From NCBI GenBank assembly GCA_965113315.1, contig OZ220368.1: a stretch of DNA of 64,000 nucleotides; one strand, given 5' to 3'. Positions 41,339 to 54,507 of this stretch are shown one piece after another. A model generated the notes under the pieces. It did no database searches, was not told where the DNA came from, and saw only the letters and a program-made list of their open reading frames with translations. Made by a program: the position numbers and the translations under genes. The DNA is from Podarcis vaucheri (Eukaryota). Positions within the stretch are counted from its first letter, which is position 1. Each line of letters opens with the position of its first letter.

Positions 41339-44300
41339 CTCTACAACAATGCTTCCCAAACTTCAGAAGGTTTGCATTTATCACAGCACAGTAGCAATAT
41401 TATTGTAGCACATTTTTGTGTACTGATGAGTTATTTCAGTTTCCCTATCCTACATAGGTAAAATGTTGCATGGGTTGGTGACTTTGTCTGTTGCATCCCT
41501 TCTTAGAGGACCACTTTTGTATGTATACTTCTATCAGGTGCCCAAAAAGTGTAGAGAGGGGCCCAGCCAGAATGTGATTTTTTTTTTTTTTTTACAGAAC
41601 ATTAACTGGTATTACTGCATAGAGGTATGGAGGAATTTTCAAATGAATCACTAAGAGTAACATAAACTGTCACAGGAAGAAAAGAAACAACACAACTTTC
41701 TAACAGCTCACCTCAGTTTCTTGTACAGTGATTATATATTGACTTTACGGAAACTTAAAAAGTGGAACTGTGTTTGATAGTGGACCCCAATAACTTTATT
41801 TAAAGCAAAAATTAGAAAGCGATCAAAACGTTTTATAGAGGAGACCAAGAATATAATGCTAAGCCTCTTAAAATTGCCTGAACTGTGAAATCAAGTAATG
41901 AACACTAGAAAAGGTTCTGTCAGCTGGAATCAAAACTTAGGCCAGTCAGCATTTTCACCTAAACTCTTATTACAGAAGGGCATTTGATTTTTCATCTCTA
42001 CATTCTGTTCTGCCCAACAAATAAACCAACTTGACCTCTACCTGTTACTTTGAGAAGTCTGCCTATCATCTTTTAACTCGATCCTTTCCCCTCAAAGCCT
42101 TCTGAGCTACTCAGAATGAAAGGAGATGTCAAACCAGACGTGACTTTGATCATGTTTTTGGATCTGATGCTTGAGTCCTGTGTTTCCTTTACAAAAAGCA
42201 GCTGTTGGGGGCCCTGATCTGGTTGGAGAGTGGAACAAGGGAAATTTAGCTCTTTCCCCCATGCCATTTTCCATCTGAGAAGCACCGCACCTAAAGCAAC
42301 TATTTGCTGCAATTTTTAAAATTAAGGTTTGAACAAAGAGTATCTATTCCCCCTTACCCATGCCACTTCCACATTGTTCTGGAAGGAAAGCAGATTTTTT
42401 CCCACAGTGTGTGAAAAGGGTTGCAGGGAGGAGAGGGAATCAGCAAAAGCTGCCTTCCTTCCCTTCCATGAGAATAACTCAACTCACTGGATCTCTGCAT
42501 CCGATCCAATGCCATTTAAAATAAGAAAATCAGGGCAAATGAAAGCCCCAGGTGTGTGTGTGGGGGGGGGTAGGGAAAACAAAGATTAACCCCTCATGGC
42601 CCCAAATCTACCTGGAGACCCCCCCACTGCCATTGCCCCCACTTGTAACTAACAGAACGATAAATATATAAACAACCTGATGTAATACAGTGATTTTTTT
42701 AACCTAATATATCACGCAGCCACACAAATAAGTGACAATATGAAAAAATAAGAATGCTTTTCTCATATTAAATGGTCCATCATACAAACCCAAAGAACTG
42801 TAGCTGTCATTACTACAAGTACGGTGTCCTGACAAAAGAAGTGTAAGCAGCTTTCTAACACAAAGGCATATCAGGAAAAGCTCTTTTCTGTAAAGTTGGA
42901 GTTTTCCTTCTGATTAATGCTACATTCAACAAAAGAGACACTGTCTGCCTAATTACGTTAAATACTTATCTTCAGGGGATTAGCAAGGTGTTTCTGCTCA
43001 ATGTCACTCTTCCTGACAACCTAATGATAGATCTGTTTACTTAAGAGAGCAATTAGTAATTTTTTTTACTGTTTTCTTAACTGCCTTCATATCATGAAAA
43101 TATTTGATTAACACACTCCAGCTTATCTTACACTGAGAGCAACATATTCCACATACTTCTTGCTCTTTCTTCAAAAGGAGCATGACTGCAGCTTACAGTT
43201 ATCTTCCAACACCCTCACATTCCACTTCACAAAGCCTAATGAAACCAATGCTGTATTTGTGTTTTAATCATTTTACTCTACGTCACAAAAAACTATTAAG
43301 TAAAGTAAGAAACTAAAACACAAAAACAAGGAGAAATTCAGACTTCTTAAATAGCTCTAAAAAGACAATTGATGCCCCTGTTATTCAACAGGGTTAGCAG
43401 GATGTGTCCCAAACATGCAAACTACATCTTTTAAAAGGCACAGAATAAAAAAGAAGAGGTGCTTTATATTTTAAAAAGTGATTTATTTATCAAAACAAGA
43501 CCTGCCCTGTAAATCTTGAGTGTGTATGACGAAGTCAATCTATGGGTAGAGTTCTTTTTATTGTGAGATTGTATTTTATAATACTGACGTGGTGCTTAAA
43601 TTTTATTTTCATGATTGTTGGCTGCCTTTGAGGGCCTGTTGGGCTAGAAAAGTCAGCTAAAAACATTTTGACAATTGTACAAATAAATAGTGTAACTATG
43701 AGAAGTCTTACAATAAAAAAGAAATTTAAATATAGGAGAATTCTGCTGCCAACACAGCTGATCTGAAAAGACAAGTCATTGGGGTTCTATTGTACACTGT
43801 TTCTTGCTAATTATGAGAGAACATTCTATATAAGCCCCAGGATGAAATTTGGGATTGTATTTAAAACCACTTGCCTCAGCAACAATCTAAGAAAAAATAG
43901 TGACTGTTTTTACTTTGGGATACTAAATTCAGCATTTTGAAGTGTAGCAAAGGGCAAACAAGAAAGTATTTCAGATATCAGAGGCAGTATTCTTCAGCAA
44001 TTTGCTGTCCTAAAATAAAGATGTACTTACATTCTGCTCTACCTATAAGTTTTTCAATTGGTTTTCAAGGGTACCTGCATTGCAGTATTCCAGTGTGGAG
44101 CCCACAAGGGCAGCAGTGATTGTGACACAAGAACTGCATCAGCAAAAAGGGTCATAGACATTCAGCTAAATTTGTACTTCCAGGGAGGAGGCATGAGTAA
44201 CTTTTTCCATCTCTTTCACAGCTGGCATTGAAATAGGTTACAAAAGCAGCATCTCTTTGGACCGGCCATATGGATAGTTGTATGTTAAAGGTTTGATGGA

Positions 44301-44423
44301 ACAAGGACACCTAGGCTATTACGCTCAGCTGAAACGTGGCAATAAATCACAACACCATAATGAGGTTTAATTATTTCAATGGATTATAATACATGCTGGA
44401 CTATCTTGAAATATATCTATACC

Positions 44424-44560
44424 TAGGGCTTTTTTTCAGGGGAAACTCACAGGTAGTCAGTTCTGGCACCTCTCAGGTGGGTGCCAGTGTCATTCTAAGA
44501 GAACGAGGGAGGCGTTCATGGGTAAGTTCCAGCACCTCTTTTTCTAGAAAAACAGCACTG
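44424..44560. mobile_element. hAT-type MITE
   Basis: TIRs tagggctttttttc / gaaaaacagcactg and 8-bp TSD tctatacc / tctataac. Confidence 0.75.
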
Positions 44561-44868
44561 TCTATAACTGTTTATTAAATTCATTACTTTTTTTAATGGT
44601 AAAGGAGTACGTAAGCAACTATGGAGCCAGGTGTGCAGGAAAATAAAAGTTAAAATGAAATGTTATTATGGAACATAGGTTGTTACGGGCACATTTAAAA
44701 ATATTGAAGACAAAAGAAAATACTTCTATGTTTTCTTATTGCAAATCTTGTACTACATTGAAGAGGTGGGAACTTTATTGCAATTGGTCACAAAACAGAA
44801 AATTTGTGCCAAGTTTCTTCCCAGCCCTACACTTCCTCCATTATTAAAACCCTTTTCTTTTTCTACTC

Positions 44869-45208
44869 TAGGGGTGTGGAACTTCAGGCCTGGAGCGGGG
44901 GGATTGCGACCCACCAGGCCTTGGCCTCTGTCCCTCGGACGTCTCCCTACACCCCACCCCACACTGGCCCTGCTTTTACCCCCAAGTGTTTACGCATGCC
45001 TGGAATGTGTCCCTGAACTCTGATAACGCCTCTTGCTCACCTGATAGAGAATAAAATTAAGCACTGTGTGAAATTAAGCTACTGTACAATTGTAGAGTTT
45101 ACATTTGTTGCTCCACCCACTTTTGCCCCTGGCCCCACCCACCACTCATGTGACCATCAGAAGGTTGTTCTGAAGGGAATGTGGTCTGAAAAAGGTTCCT
45201 CAGCCATG
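44869..45208. mobile_element. hAT-type non-autonomous element
   Basis: Ends taggggtgtggaact / aggttcctcagccatg and 8-bp TSD ttctactc / ttctactg. Confidence 0.65.
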
Positions 45209-45488
45209 TTCTACTGAACTGGAGCTGTTGCAAGTATGCTTCCATTTAATTTCTTTTCTAATGTCAGTTTCCTGGCTACTTAATCATCCTGGAACCCAGA
45301 TTCTTCCTGATCCCCTTCTGAGAAGACAAACTTTACAGCACATGATACGTAATACACTGGATTGTGCAAGGGACCAATTGTAGCATTATTATGGCTGCTA
45401 TCTTTGACTCCAAGCCCACAAATCTGCCCCAATCCAGCTGTAAAGAAATCTATGATTGGGGGGGGGATACATCTCTTTCTGGATCATG

Positions 45489-45840
45489 TAAAGGTAAAGG
45501 GATGCCTGACCATTAGGTCCAGTCGTGACCGACTCTGGGGCTCCGGTGCTCATCTCGCTTTATTGGCCGAGGGAGCCGGCATACAGCTTCCGGGTCATGT
45601 GGCCAGCATGACTAAGCCACTTCTGGCAAACCAGAGCAGTGCACGGAAACGCTGTTTACCTTCCCGCTGGAGTGGTACCTATTTATCTACATGAACTTTG
45701 ACGTGCTTTCAAACTGCTAGGTTGGCAGGAGCTGGGACCAAACAACAGGAGCTCACCCCGTTGCGGGGATTCGAACTGTCGACCTTCTGATCGGCAAGTC
45801 CTAGGCTCTGTGGTTTAACCCACAGCGCCACCCGCATCCC
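45489..45840 (-). mobile_element. Full-length Sauria-type SINE (different subfamily from 36063)
   Basis: A and B box remnants, ACCTTT tail, degenerate 12-bp TSD ttctggatcatg / ttctgaatcgtg. Confidence 0.9.
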
Positions 45841-45989
45841 TTCTGAATCGTGAACCTCACCCAAATGTGTATCTGCTTATTTGGGTGTGGATGCTATCTG
45901 TCTATACTGCATTGCACCCAATGGGATGAGTATTTTAATGTTCTGTTGCAACAGTTCATGTGTTGCATTTTACTAGAACTCAAACCAAT

Positions 45990-46213
45990 ACATTCAAGTT
46001 ACAGAAAAGGAGATTCTGACTAAACATCAGGAAGAAATTTCTGACAGTTAAAAGCTGTTTGGCAGTGGAACAGACGCTTTTGGAAGAAGGTAGACTCTCC
46101 TTCCTTGGAGGTTTTTAAGCAGAGGATGGAAAGCCATCTGTCATGGATGCTTTAGTTGCAGGGGGTTGGAGTAGATGATCCTCAGGATCCCTTCCAACTC
46201 TACAATTCTATGA
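45990..46213 (+). mobile_element. CR1 LINE 3' fragment
   Basis: ctaaacatcaggaagaaatttctgacag...cccttccaactctacaattctatga is a typical CR1 3' terminus. Confidence 0.8.
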
Positions 46214-46661
46214 ACATCTGGTAGGTTCTTTATTTGGGAATCACAAAAGGTCTCTCTGAGAGGCCAGTGTTGCCTCGGAGCCAACAGCAACCTAGCTTTG
46301 ACGATTAAAAGAAAATAGACAAATTTAAATAAGGTAGGGTGTTATCAATGGACAAATGTCCAATAACAGAGGTAGTATACCACTTTCCATTGTGGTATTT
46401 GTTCCAGGGTCAGGCCATAGGCCTTCTAGTCCTGTATTCAGTGTGCAACAACTGCATGCTATATAGCTTACAAGCATAGTCCCAAGCTGACAAGGAATCT
46501 ATGAGTGTCCTCTAATGCCCACGGCATTTTGTATTCAAATACCACAATGGAAAGAAAGTTTCTGCAGCACTGCTCTGATAAAGTGAGAAGCTGGCAATGC
46601 ATCTATCTTTACAACAGGTCCATACTGCCCTGGTAGTTTGGGCAATGCTAGCATGGGAAGG

Positions 46662-47090
46662 TGACGTATGGAAGTGAGAGCTGGACCATAAAGAAAGCTG
46701 ACTGCCAAAAAATTGATGCTTTTGAATTATGGTGCTGGAGGAGACTCTTCAGAGTCCCATGGACTGCAAGATGATCAAACCTATCCATTCTTAAGGAAAT
46801 CAGCCCTGAGTGCTCACTGGAAGGACAGATCCAGAAGCTGAGGCTCCAATACTTTGGACACCTCATGAGAAGAGAAGACTCCTTGGAAAAGACCCTGATG
46901 TTGGGAAAGATTGAAGGCACAAAGAGAAGGGGACGACAGAGGATGAGATGGTTGGACAGTGTTCTTGAAGCTACCAGCATGAGTTTGACCAAACTGCGGG
47001 AGGCAGTGCAAGACAGGAGTGCCTGGCATGCTCTGGTCCATGGAGTCATGAAGAGTCAGACATGCCTAAACAACTAAACAATGACAACAA
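46662..47090 (+). mobile_element. Bov-B (RTE) LINE, 5'-truncated
   Basis: Encodes YGSESWTIKK...IDAFELWCWRRL and HLMRREDSLEKTLMLGKIEG..RRGRQRMRWLD (RTE/Bov-B C-terminus). Short CAA tail, perfect 12-bp TSD agcatgggaagg (46650-46661 and 47091-47102). Confidence 0.93.
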
Positions 47091-49120
47091 AGCATGGGAA
47101 GGAGCCACTGCATGGACTCCTCCTACAGGACTAGGGACTTCCAATGTCACTGGGGTGGTATGGGAAGGACACATGCTAGAACGAGTGTCATACTACTAAG
47201 GTAATAATGGAAGAGACCCAAAGATTGAGGAAAGCCAAGAAGACACTGTCCAATATAATAATAAAAAAAGATGGATGCAATTTTCAGACAGTTCTTCCCT
47301 CTATAACTTTTGTGGTACTAAGGCAATAATGTCAATGAAACAGATTATTGTCACAGATAATGGTCACCAGCTCCTTCATAAATTGCAGAAGAAAGAGAGA
47401 CATATTGATCCAACGGTCACTTTCTGTCATCGTGTCTACGTCTATTACAGCAAATGAAGGGTATTTAATTATTTTACTTAATGGCTACAATGGAGAAAGA
47501 CTATGATTGTGTCTCAAGTACCTCTATTGACCTGCTGCATTTTTTGTAGCATCATATTCATTAATAGATTTTTGTTGGCTGCAGCCTGTTGGATATAACA
47601 GAAGTGAGGCTCTGTAAAAGTAGACAGTGTACAAAAAGAAATACATCATCATGGATTTCAGCAATGATTCTCTAAGCTCTGTATAATATATCTGACTAAA
47701 GTCAGCTCAACTAGTGCTTCTAGTAGCTACCAGTTGGACACAGAAAGAAACAGAAAAAAGTTAACACGGTAGTCAGGAATATATGGCGGAAGAACTCTGG
47801 GCTCCTCCTGTTCCTGTGCAGATACCAACACCCACTCCAGAGGGTGAAGAAAACAGTACAGCTCAGCAGAGTTTATTACATGTTAGTGTATATCCATTAT
47901 GCAAGCCCCTTCATCAGCCTACAATGGTTTTGTGAGGATGGTGTGGTGGTGGCTTGTTTTTTTCAAGATATGTACATTTTGGAGTGCCATGACTACCGTT
48001 TTATAAACTCTTTTCTACACAGCAATTGATATAGATCAGGGGTGTGCAATTGGTCAAGGGTGAAGGTCCACAGCTTTGGTAACCTCCCCCTAAAAGAAGC
48101 TCATCAACTTTGACCTGGACTCCTAAAAATACCTCAACAACTTAGATTATCTTCCTACGAAATTTTCTAACTGTTTTCAAAAACTAGCTATACTGATCGC
48201 AGTAAGCAAAGACCCTATGTTGGTGAGTTACACAGAGGAAATATAAGCATAGGGGGGAATTGTTGTTTTTCAACATGCTCTGTGCTTTTATCATTGCTTG
48301 CATCCCAATTCTTGCAAGTAAAAAACATTGGCTCTGATAACCGACCACTGGGTCCTCTCCCCATCAGCTGGCATTCCAGCAGGCTACTTTAGTGGGGGAG
48401 ATGGACAGCAGGGCTCATACAATCAGATCTGCTGCAAGATGAGGCTCCTCCTGTCACTAACTGTTTCCATTCCAGCTAACCATTACAGGAGCTACTATAT
48501 AACTGGTGTATGCTTGCCATTTTCCTCTTCCATTCCCACCCCCCTTTCCTTTTGTGTTGTGCCTTTTATATTGTAAGCTTGCAGACAAGGGACTATAGTA
48601 TTTCAGTTGGTTTGGCAGCCTTTTTTGGCTGAAGAATGGGGTAAAAATTATCTAGATAAATAAATAAATACATGTTTGTGCTGTATTGATGACAAATCCA
48701 ATAGCAGTGCAGCATTCTGAGATTGTAGATAAGAAACAAATCACTCAAGAGTGTGAAAAAGAGATCTTTAATGTGCTAACACAGCTATCCTCTTTCATGT
48801 AGTAGCAGTTGAGACTAATGCATTGTGATCTCAAGGTCCTAGTGAGCTTGCTCTTGAAAATGCATTAAATGTTTAGTAGCAAAGTATCCACGTTGCCTCC
48901 ACACTGGACATTTACTGTGGAATAGCTAGGCTTTCCACTCACTTTTTACATGCTCCTCCCATGTTTTCCCTGTTCAGCTTCTCTTCTCCTCCTTCCCTGC
49001 CACCAAGTGCAGAATATGTGATTATTACAGTGGTGTGAGAAATGTGTAAGGCAGTTTGAGGAAAAGAAAGGAGAAACAATCCAGAACAACACATTTGATA
49101 AAGCGTGTTCTCCTTCATGG

Positions 49121-49886
49121 TGTTGCAGTGGGGTCTAGCTGGGTGGGACCATTTAGATGGCCAAGCTTGTGATTGGGCTATGTTGGGTTGTTGGGGAAAT
49201 TTTGATGTTGCCAATTTGTGGGATGGACCAAGGGTTTTATATACTGAGCACACAGCATTGAGCGTTCTCTTTCGCTGTGTGCACCGGATCACCCGCCCAC
49301 CTTCCCTAATTTAGGGCTTTTGTATTTGACCTTACTATGCCTGTCATGGGGTCATCTGCTTTTGGGGCAGGAGCCTGGTAAGAATTTTGTCCATTTGGCT
49401 GATTGGCTGGTACCATTTGGTTTTTCCCTACTGCATAGCAAATTGTCACAAGTTGTAAGGTTGCGTTTGGCATTGGTTAAAAAATTGGTTGGTGGAGGGG
49501 TAAGGGTTGGCTGTGCCTGCCCTTCCAATGCTGCTGCTGCAAGGGAATTCCGTTAAAGGAATCCAGGGGCTCACCATGCTTTCGTCCGAATCCCTGGTGT
49601 GGGGCTTGGGCAGCGCAATCCCCTGGGAGCATGCGGGGAGAGGTGAGGGTCTGGTGCCCAGCTCCATTTTCTCCCCAAAATGTTTTCCCTTACAGGCTTT
49701 CGCAGGGTTGCGGAAGTCAGTTCTGTCCCTGGGCGGGGTCAGATAGTCGTAACCAGTGCCTAAGCAACCACTCACATTTATGTATATTAATAAAGTTGTG
49801 GCCAAAATTATGCCAAAAACTTTAAACAAAAATTCTGTGTGAATTGTGCTTTATTTTGGGGGATGGCTTGGGGACCTCGACACGCA
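49121..49886 (+). mobile_element. Solo LTR (Gypsy- or ERV-like), 766 bp
   Basis: TG...CA termini, 4-bp direct repeat ATGG on both sides (49117-49120 and 49887-49890), AATAAA at 49789-49794 about 90 bp from the end, GC- and CpG-richer than the flanks. Confidence 0.7.
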
Positions 49887-52125
49887 ATGGGTATCTATCA
49901 TGAATTCTTATTTCATCTTTGGAATTCCATCCCAGTTTCATGAGCCTTGTATCACAGTCTCTTTTATATCCACTGCTGCTCATCTGGGGACCAGAGCCTA
50001 ACAGAATTTAAAACAACTTTCTTCCCATCAGGTTCAAAGCTTGAAATTCAAAAATAAACTGGGGGGAAATGTTAAGAGAGTGGGAGGCCAGGTAACTCAA
50101 CCAGTTATACCCTTGTGCTGCTATCAAATAACAAAGGGTTTTAAATATATATATTATTATTTTTTAAAAAAACCATAATTTTAATCAGCACTGTCAGCTC
50201 ACTATTTTGTGGGCTTAAAGCCTCACAAAAATATTAATCTGTGGTGAGAAATAGTGAGAGAAGATTATTAATTCTAAAGTTAAATATCTAGCAGCCCGTT
50301 TGACCTATATATCAATTTAAAGATATCTAGAGAAGCCAGTACCTTACAGTATATGTCAGCCTTCAAAAGGGCCACATAAGTTAAAAAGGACATCACATCT
50401 GTGTTGGATTACAGAATGCAGTTGGAAAGAGAAAGCGAGAGAGAAAGAAAAGGAAAGGGGAAAGCAGAATGTTTTATATCATTCAGCTTCACGGAGTGCA
50501 TTTGATCATGGCAGATTAAAATAAAACAAAATCCCGAAGCCAAGAGCTTTTAGGTGTATTTATGGCTATATAACAGTTTATACTAGTTTAAAAATGGAGC
50601 CTATGCGGAATTGCACCATAGTACAAACTCAAGCCTGACGCCGCTTGATTTCCTTACCAAGTATCCTCATTATCTCCTCTTTCCTTCGTTCTCCGTTAGC
50701 AAGAGTTATGTGATGAAAGTGCTGAGATAAAGTAATGGTAAGGAGGATACCGCAAGTGGTATTTGAAAAGCAGGAATAATTTACTACGTGTCGGCTTTGT
50801 TTTACTTCCCTGTGTCTTCCTGTGGTGAAAGGAAATTCATCTTTTCTGGCAGACTCCAGCCTTTTTAGGCCTGAGAGCTCCCCAAGCACACTGGAGTGCA
50901 GGTAAATGGATGTGAGTCTCCATGAGTACAGTATTAGGAGCAAGGATTTAATGCTGTGTTTTGCTTGGTCTATCATGCCCAAACTACAAATAAGGCAACA
51001 CACACTTGTTTGCAAAAATTGCATCAGATGTAGCAGTAACCATAGGGCAGAACCCTTCCTTATGGGCATTTTGCCTGGAAGTTTACAGATGCATAATGCT
51101 TCAGCAGAGAAAAATGCAGTGATTGGAGTGTGAAACTTTGATTCTAACAGTGTTACTGCATGTGACATGGAGATAGGGGCTGAATGTGTAGATACATGAA
51201 CAGGAATTGCTGGTAGTCATGTTGATCTTCTCAGCATGGTGCCATCTACATAATTTCTCCAGTATTATGCATGTACCGTATTTGCTACAGGTTACAGCTC
51301 TGTGGTTTTGAGGTAGCCTTGAATATAAGTATGTTGGCCATTGGATCAGAGCCAAAACACTAGCTTCCTGGCAGTAGCATGTCTGCCATTTATAGGAAAG
51401 GAAACCAATGAGGCTAGGTGGTGGAAATCAGGGCTATGTGGGCAAACCAGTGGAAATGCGAGGTTGGGTCTGCCGGTGTGCCTGTACAGCCCCTAAGGTC
51501 CGGGCTACCTCCACCACCCATAAGCAACACCTGTGGGAGTTCCCCCTAGAATGCAGTTTCCATCATCCCAAACCATTGGTCATGTTGGCTGGGGAGTTCA
51601 ACAGTATCCAGAAGTTCCCCATTCCAGCCTAGAATATGAAACTGAAATAATCTTAAAACATATATGACTTGGTGAAAAGCAGGCTGCCTGAGAATGAATG
51701 GGATTTTTAACTTCCTTTCTAAGAGAAACTGGGAAAGCACTTTAGCTTATCCAATATTTTATATGGTTTTGTTAAAGTAAGTGGAAACTTTTTCATACCT
51801 GTGAACTCTGCCTGCCCAAGAAAACAGCTGTAAATGTCTTACGTTGCTTTTGCCAAAGTGAGGATGGGGGCTGGGTGACTTCTGCTAAATCATTTTTGCC
51901 AAACTGAGCAGTTAGTTTAGATTTCATCACTCTTCTAGAATGCATCCTACCATCTCTACATGCTAAAACTTCTGATACTCTTTTGTATCATTAGCTCTTC
52001 CCTTCTTTTACCCCTTTTTCAGCAACCCCACTTTCATGACTAGAAATTTGCCAAGTCACTTTATTCCGGCACCCCATTTCACCTTATTATTTTCTTTCCC
52101 CCTGAATTATGAAACAAAGGCACTA

Positions 52126-52367
52126 CAGTGGTACCTCAGGTTACATACGCTTCAGGTTACAGACGCTTCATGTTACAGACTCCGCTAACCCAGAAATAGT
52201 ACCTCGGGTTAAGAACTTTGCTTCAGGATGAGAACAGAAATTGAGCTCCGGCAGTGCGGCGGCAGCAGGAGGCCCCATTAGCTAAAGTGGTGCTTCAGGT
52301 TAAGAACAGTTTCAGGTTAAGAATGGACCTCCGGAACGAATTAAGTTCTTAACCCAAGGTACCACTG
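52126..52367 (+). mobile_element. Tigger-like MITE, copy 2 (242 bp, one extra 16-bp subterminal unit)
   Basis: TIRs cagtggtacctc / aggtaccactg with TA TSD. Confidence 0.9.
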
Positions 52368-53675
52368 TATAGTATTCCTTCCTATTCTTCTAAACAACAG
52401 TGCTCTTCCTTAAGCCCAACCACTCATCCTTACATTCCCTCCATCTTTTACTATTAACACATTATTATTATTTTTATTACTACTACTACTAGTAATACTT
52501 TGAATTACCCGCCCTTCACCCCATGTTTTCAGAGAGGGTAACAGCAATTTAAGAACTTAGACCTTGCCACAATACATGGCAAGATCTAAGTTCTTTAGTT
52601 CTCTCCGTATTGTTGGCCTAAGAGTTTGCAACTGCTTCATGAGAATGGAGCAGCACCAGAAGTGATAATGGGATCACCAATATTTGTGAGTCCATTGGCA
52701 CATTTACAAACAGCAGAAACTGTTGTGGACACCACATACACACACCACAATCAAGAACACAATGCTACCTAGCCTATTGGCTACAACAGAATACTTCTCC
52801 TGAGTCTAAATTCAGTTGGGGAGGGGACTCTGCGGGCACAAAGGAAGGCCTCTTTGGCTGCACATGCACCCATGGATACCATATTAGCAAGCCCTGGTTT
52901 AATACAATGGACTGCTTTGACAAGTATTTATTAGAATGACTGTCTTTTAGCTTGCTTGCTCACAAATTCAAAATCAACATATTTATTTCAGAATTGTGTG
53001 CAAATTAGAAATAACAATAACAAAAGAATCACTTAGATCAAAAATCAAGGGGCCTTTTGTCCATAAGCTGCAATTATACTTTAAAAAGTAATAATATAAT
53101 TTTCTTTAAGAGGCAAAAGATTTTGTGACAAGTGGTAAGATATTTATGTAGCAGGAGACACCAGAAAAGTTAAGCCAAAAGGATGACTTGAAAAGTAACT
53201 AACAAATCCAGAAGTGGAACAACAGTATCAATGGTATGTAGAAAGACTTCATTCAAACTTTCCAACATTTAAATCGACAAAACAACCTCTCCTGCAATGC
53301 CATTAAAAAGCCATTACAGAATAAAATCAATTCACGTTAACAATAGTTTGAAAGGGTCTCCCACCTGTCATTTTACAACATAATATAAATTGCAGGATGC
53401 CACTCTTTGGGGGCAAGCCAACCTAATTCTCAGTAATATTTTGGAATAAAGAAGCCTTGAGAGTCACGGAAACCATAATGCAACACTACAAATGCTTGCC
53501 TAAAATACTGGAATGAATATTATCAAAATATTTACAGCTGCAGAAGCACTCAACTTCTGTAATCTAACACACACTACCTCATACATTAAATCTGAAATGC
53601 AGTCTAATAATTTTTAAATAAATACATACATGGAAGATAGCTTTGAAATCCTAAAAAGCCACCTGAGTGACTCTA

Positions 53676-54023
<348 letters not shown>

Positions 54024-54469
54024 TCAACTCCTGCTTTCTAATAGCAAGATGTGTTCAGAGGCCTGTAGAGGCCTGGGAGAGAAGGTAAGGTATACTGGCT
54101 GAAGACTTGCTGGTGTTTTCAGTTCCGTTTGCCATTTGGTGGCATGCGGAAACTCCGGGCCAACAATCCCACTTCCTCTACAGTCTAGTCCATAATCCAT
54201 CATATTTATTTTGGAGACGGCCAACAAAGAAATGTAAGAGGATGAGAGCTTAAGCATGTGGGCGTATATGTGCAAGTGTGTTTCCCTATAGTTTGTCACA
54301 CCAGAGCCTAAGTGAACAGGGTTTCAGACATAGTATTCAATCTGTAAAGGCCAACAGTACAGATGCTCAGTGTGTGAAACGGGACACTATGCATGTACAT
54401 GCCTGTGGAGCTCATCCATGTAAGGTGGGGATCCTGATTGCCACAAGATCTCCTCTTGCATAGAGGAAC

Positions 54470-54507
54470 TGTATGTATGTATGTATGTATGTATGTATGT
54501 ATGTATG
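54470..54507. repeat. (TATG)n microsatellite
   Basis: About 9 tandem units. Confidence 0.95.

Noticed and set aside
46648-47049. 133-aa and 75-aa minus-strand ORFs
   Set aside because: Antisense shadows of the Bov-B ORF.
50629-51168. Longest ORF in the track (179 aa, minus strand)
   Set aside because: No recognisable domain, non-coding-like composition, intronic, and within chance expectation for 64 kb.
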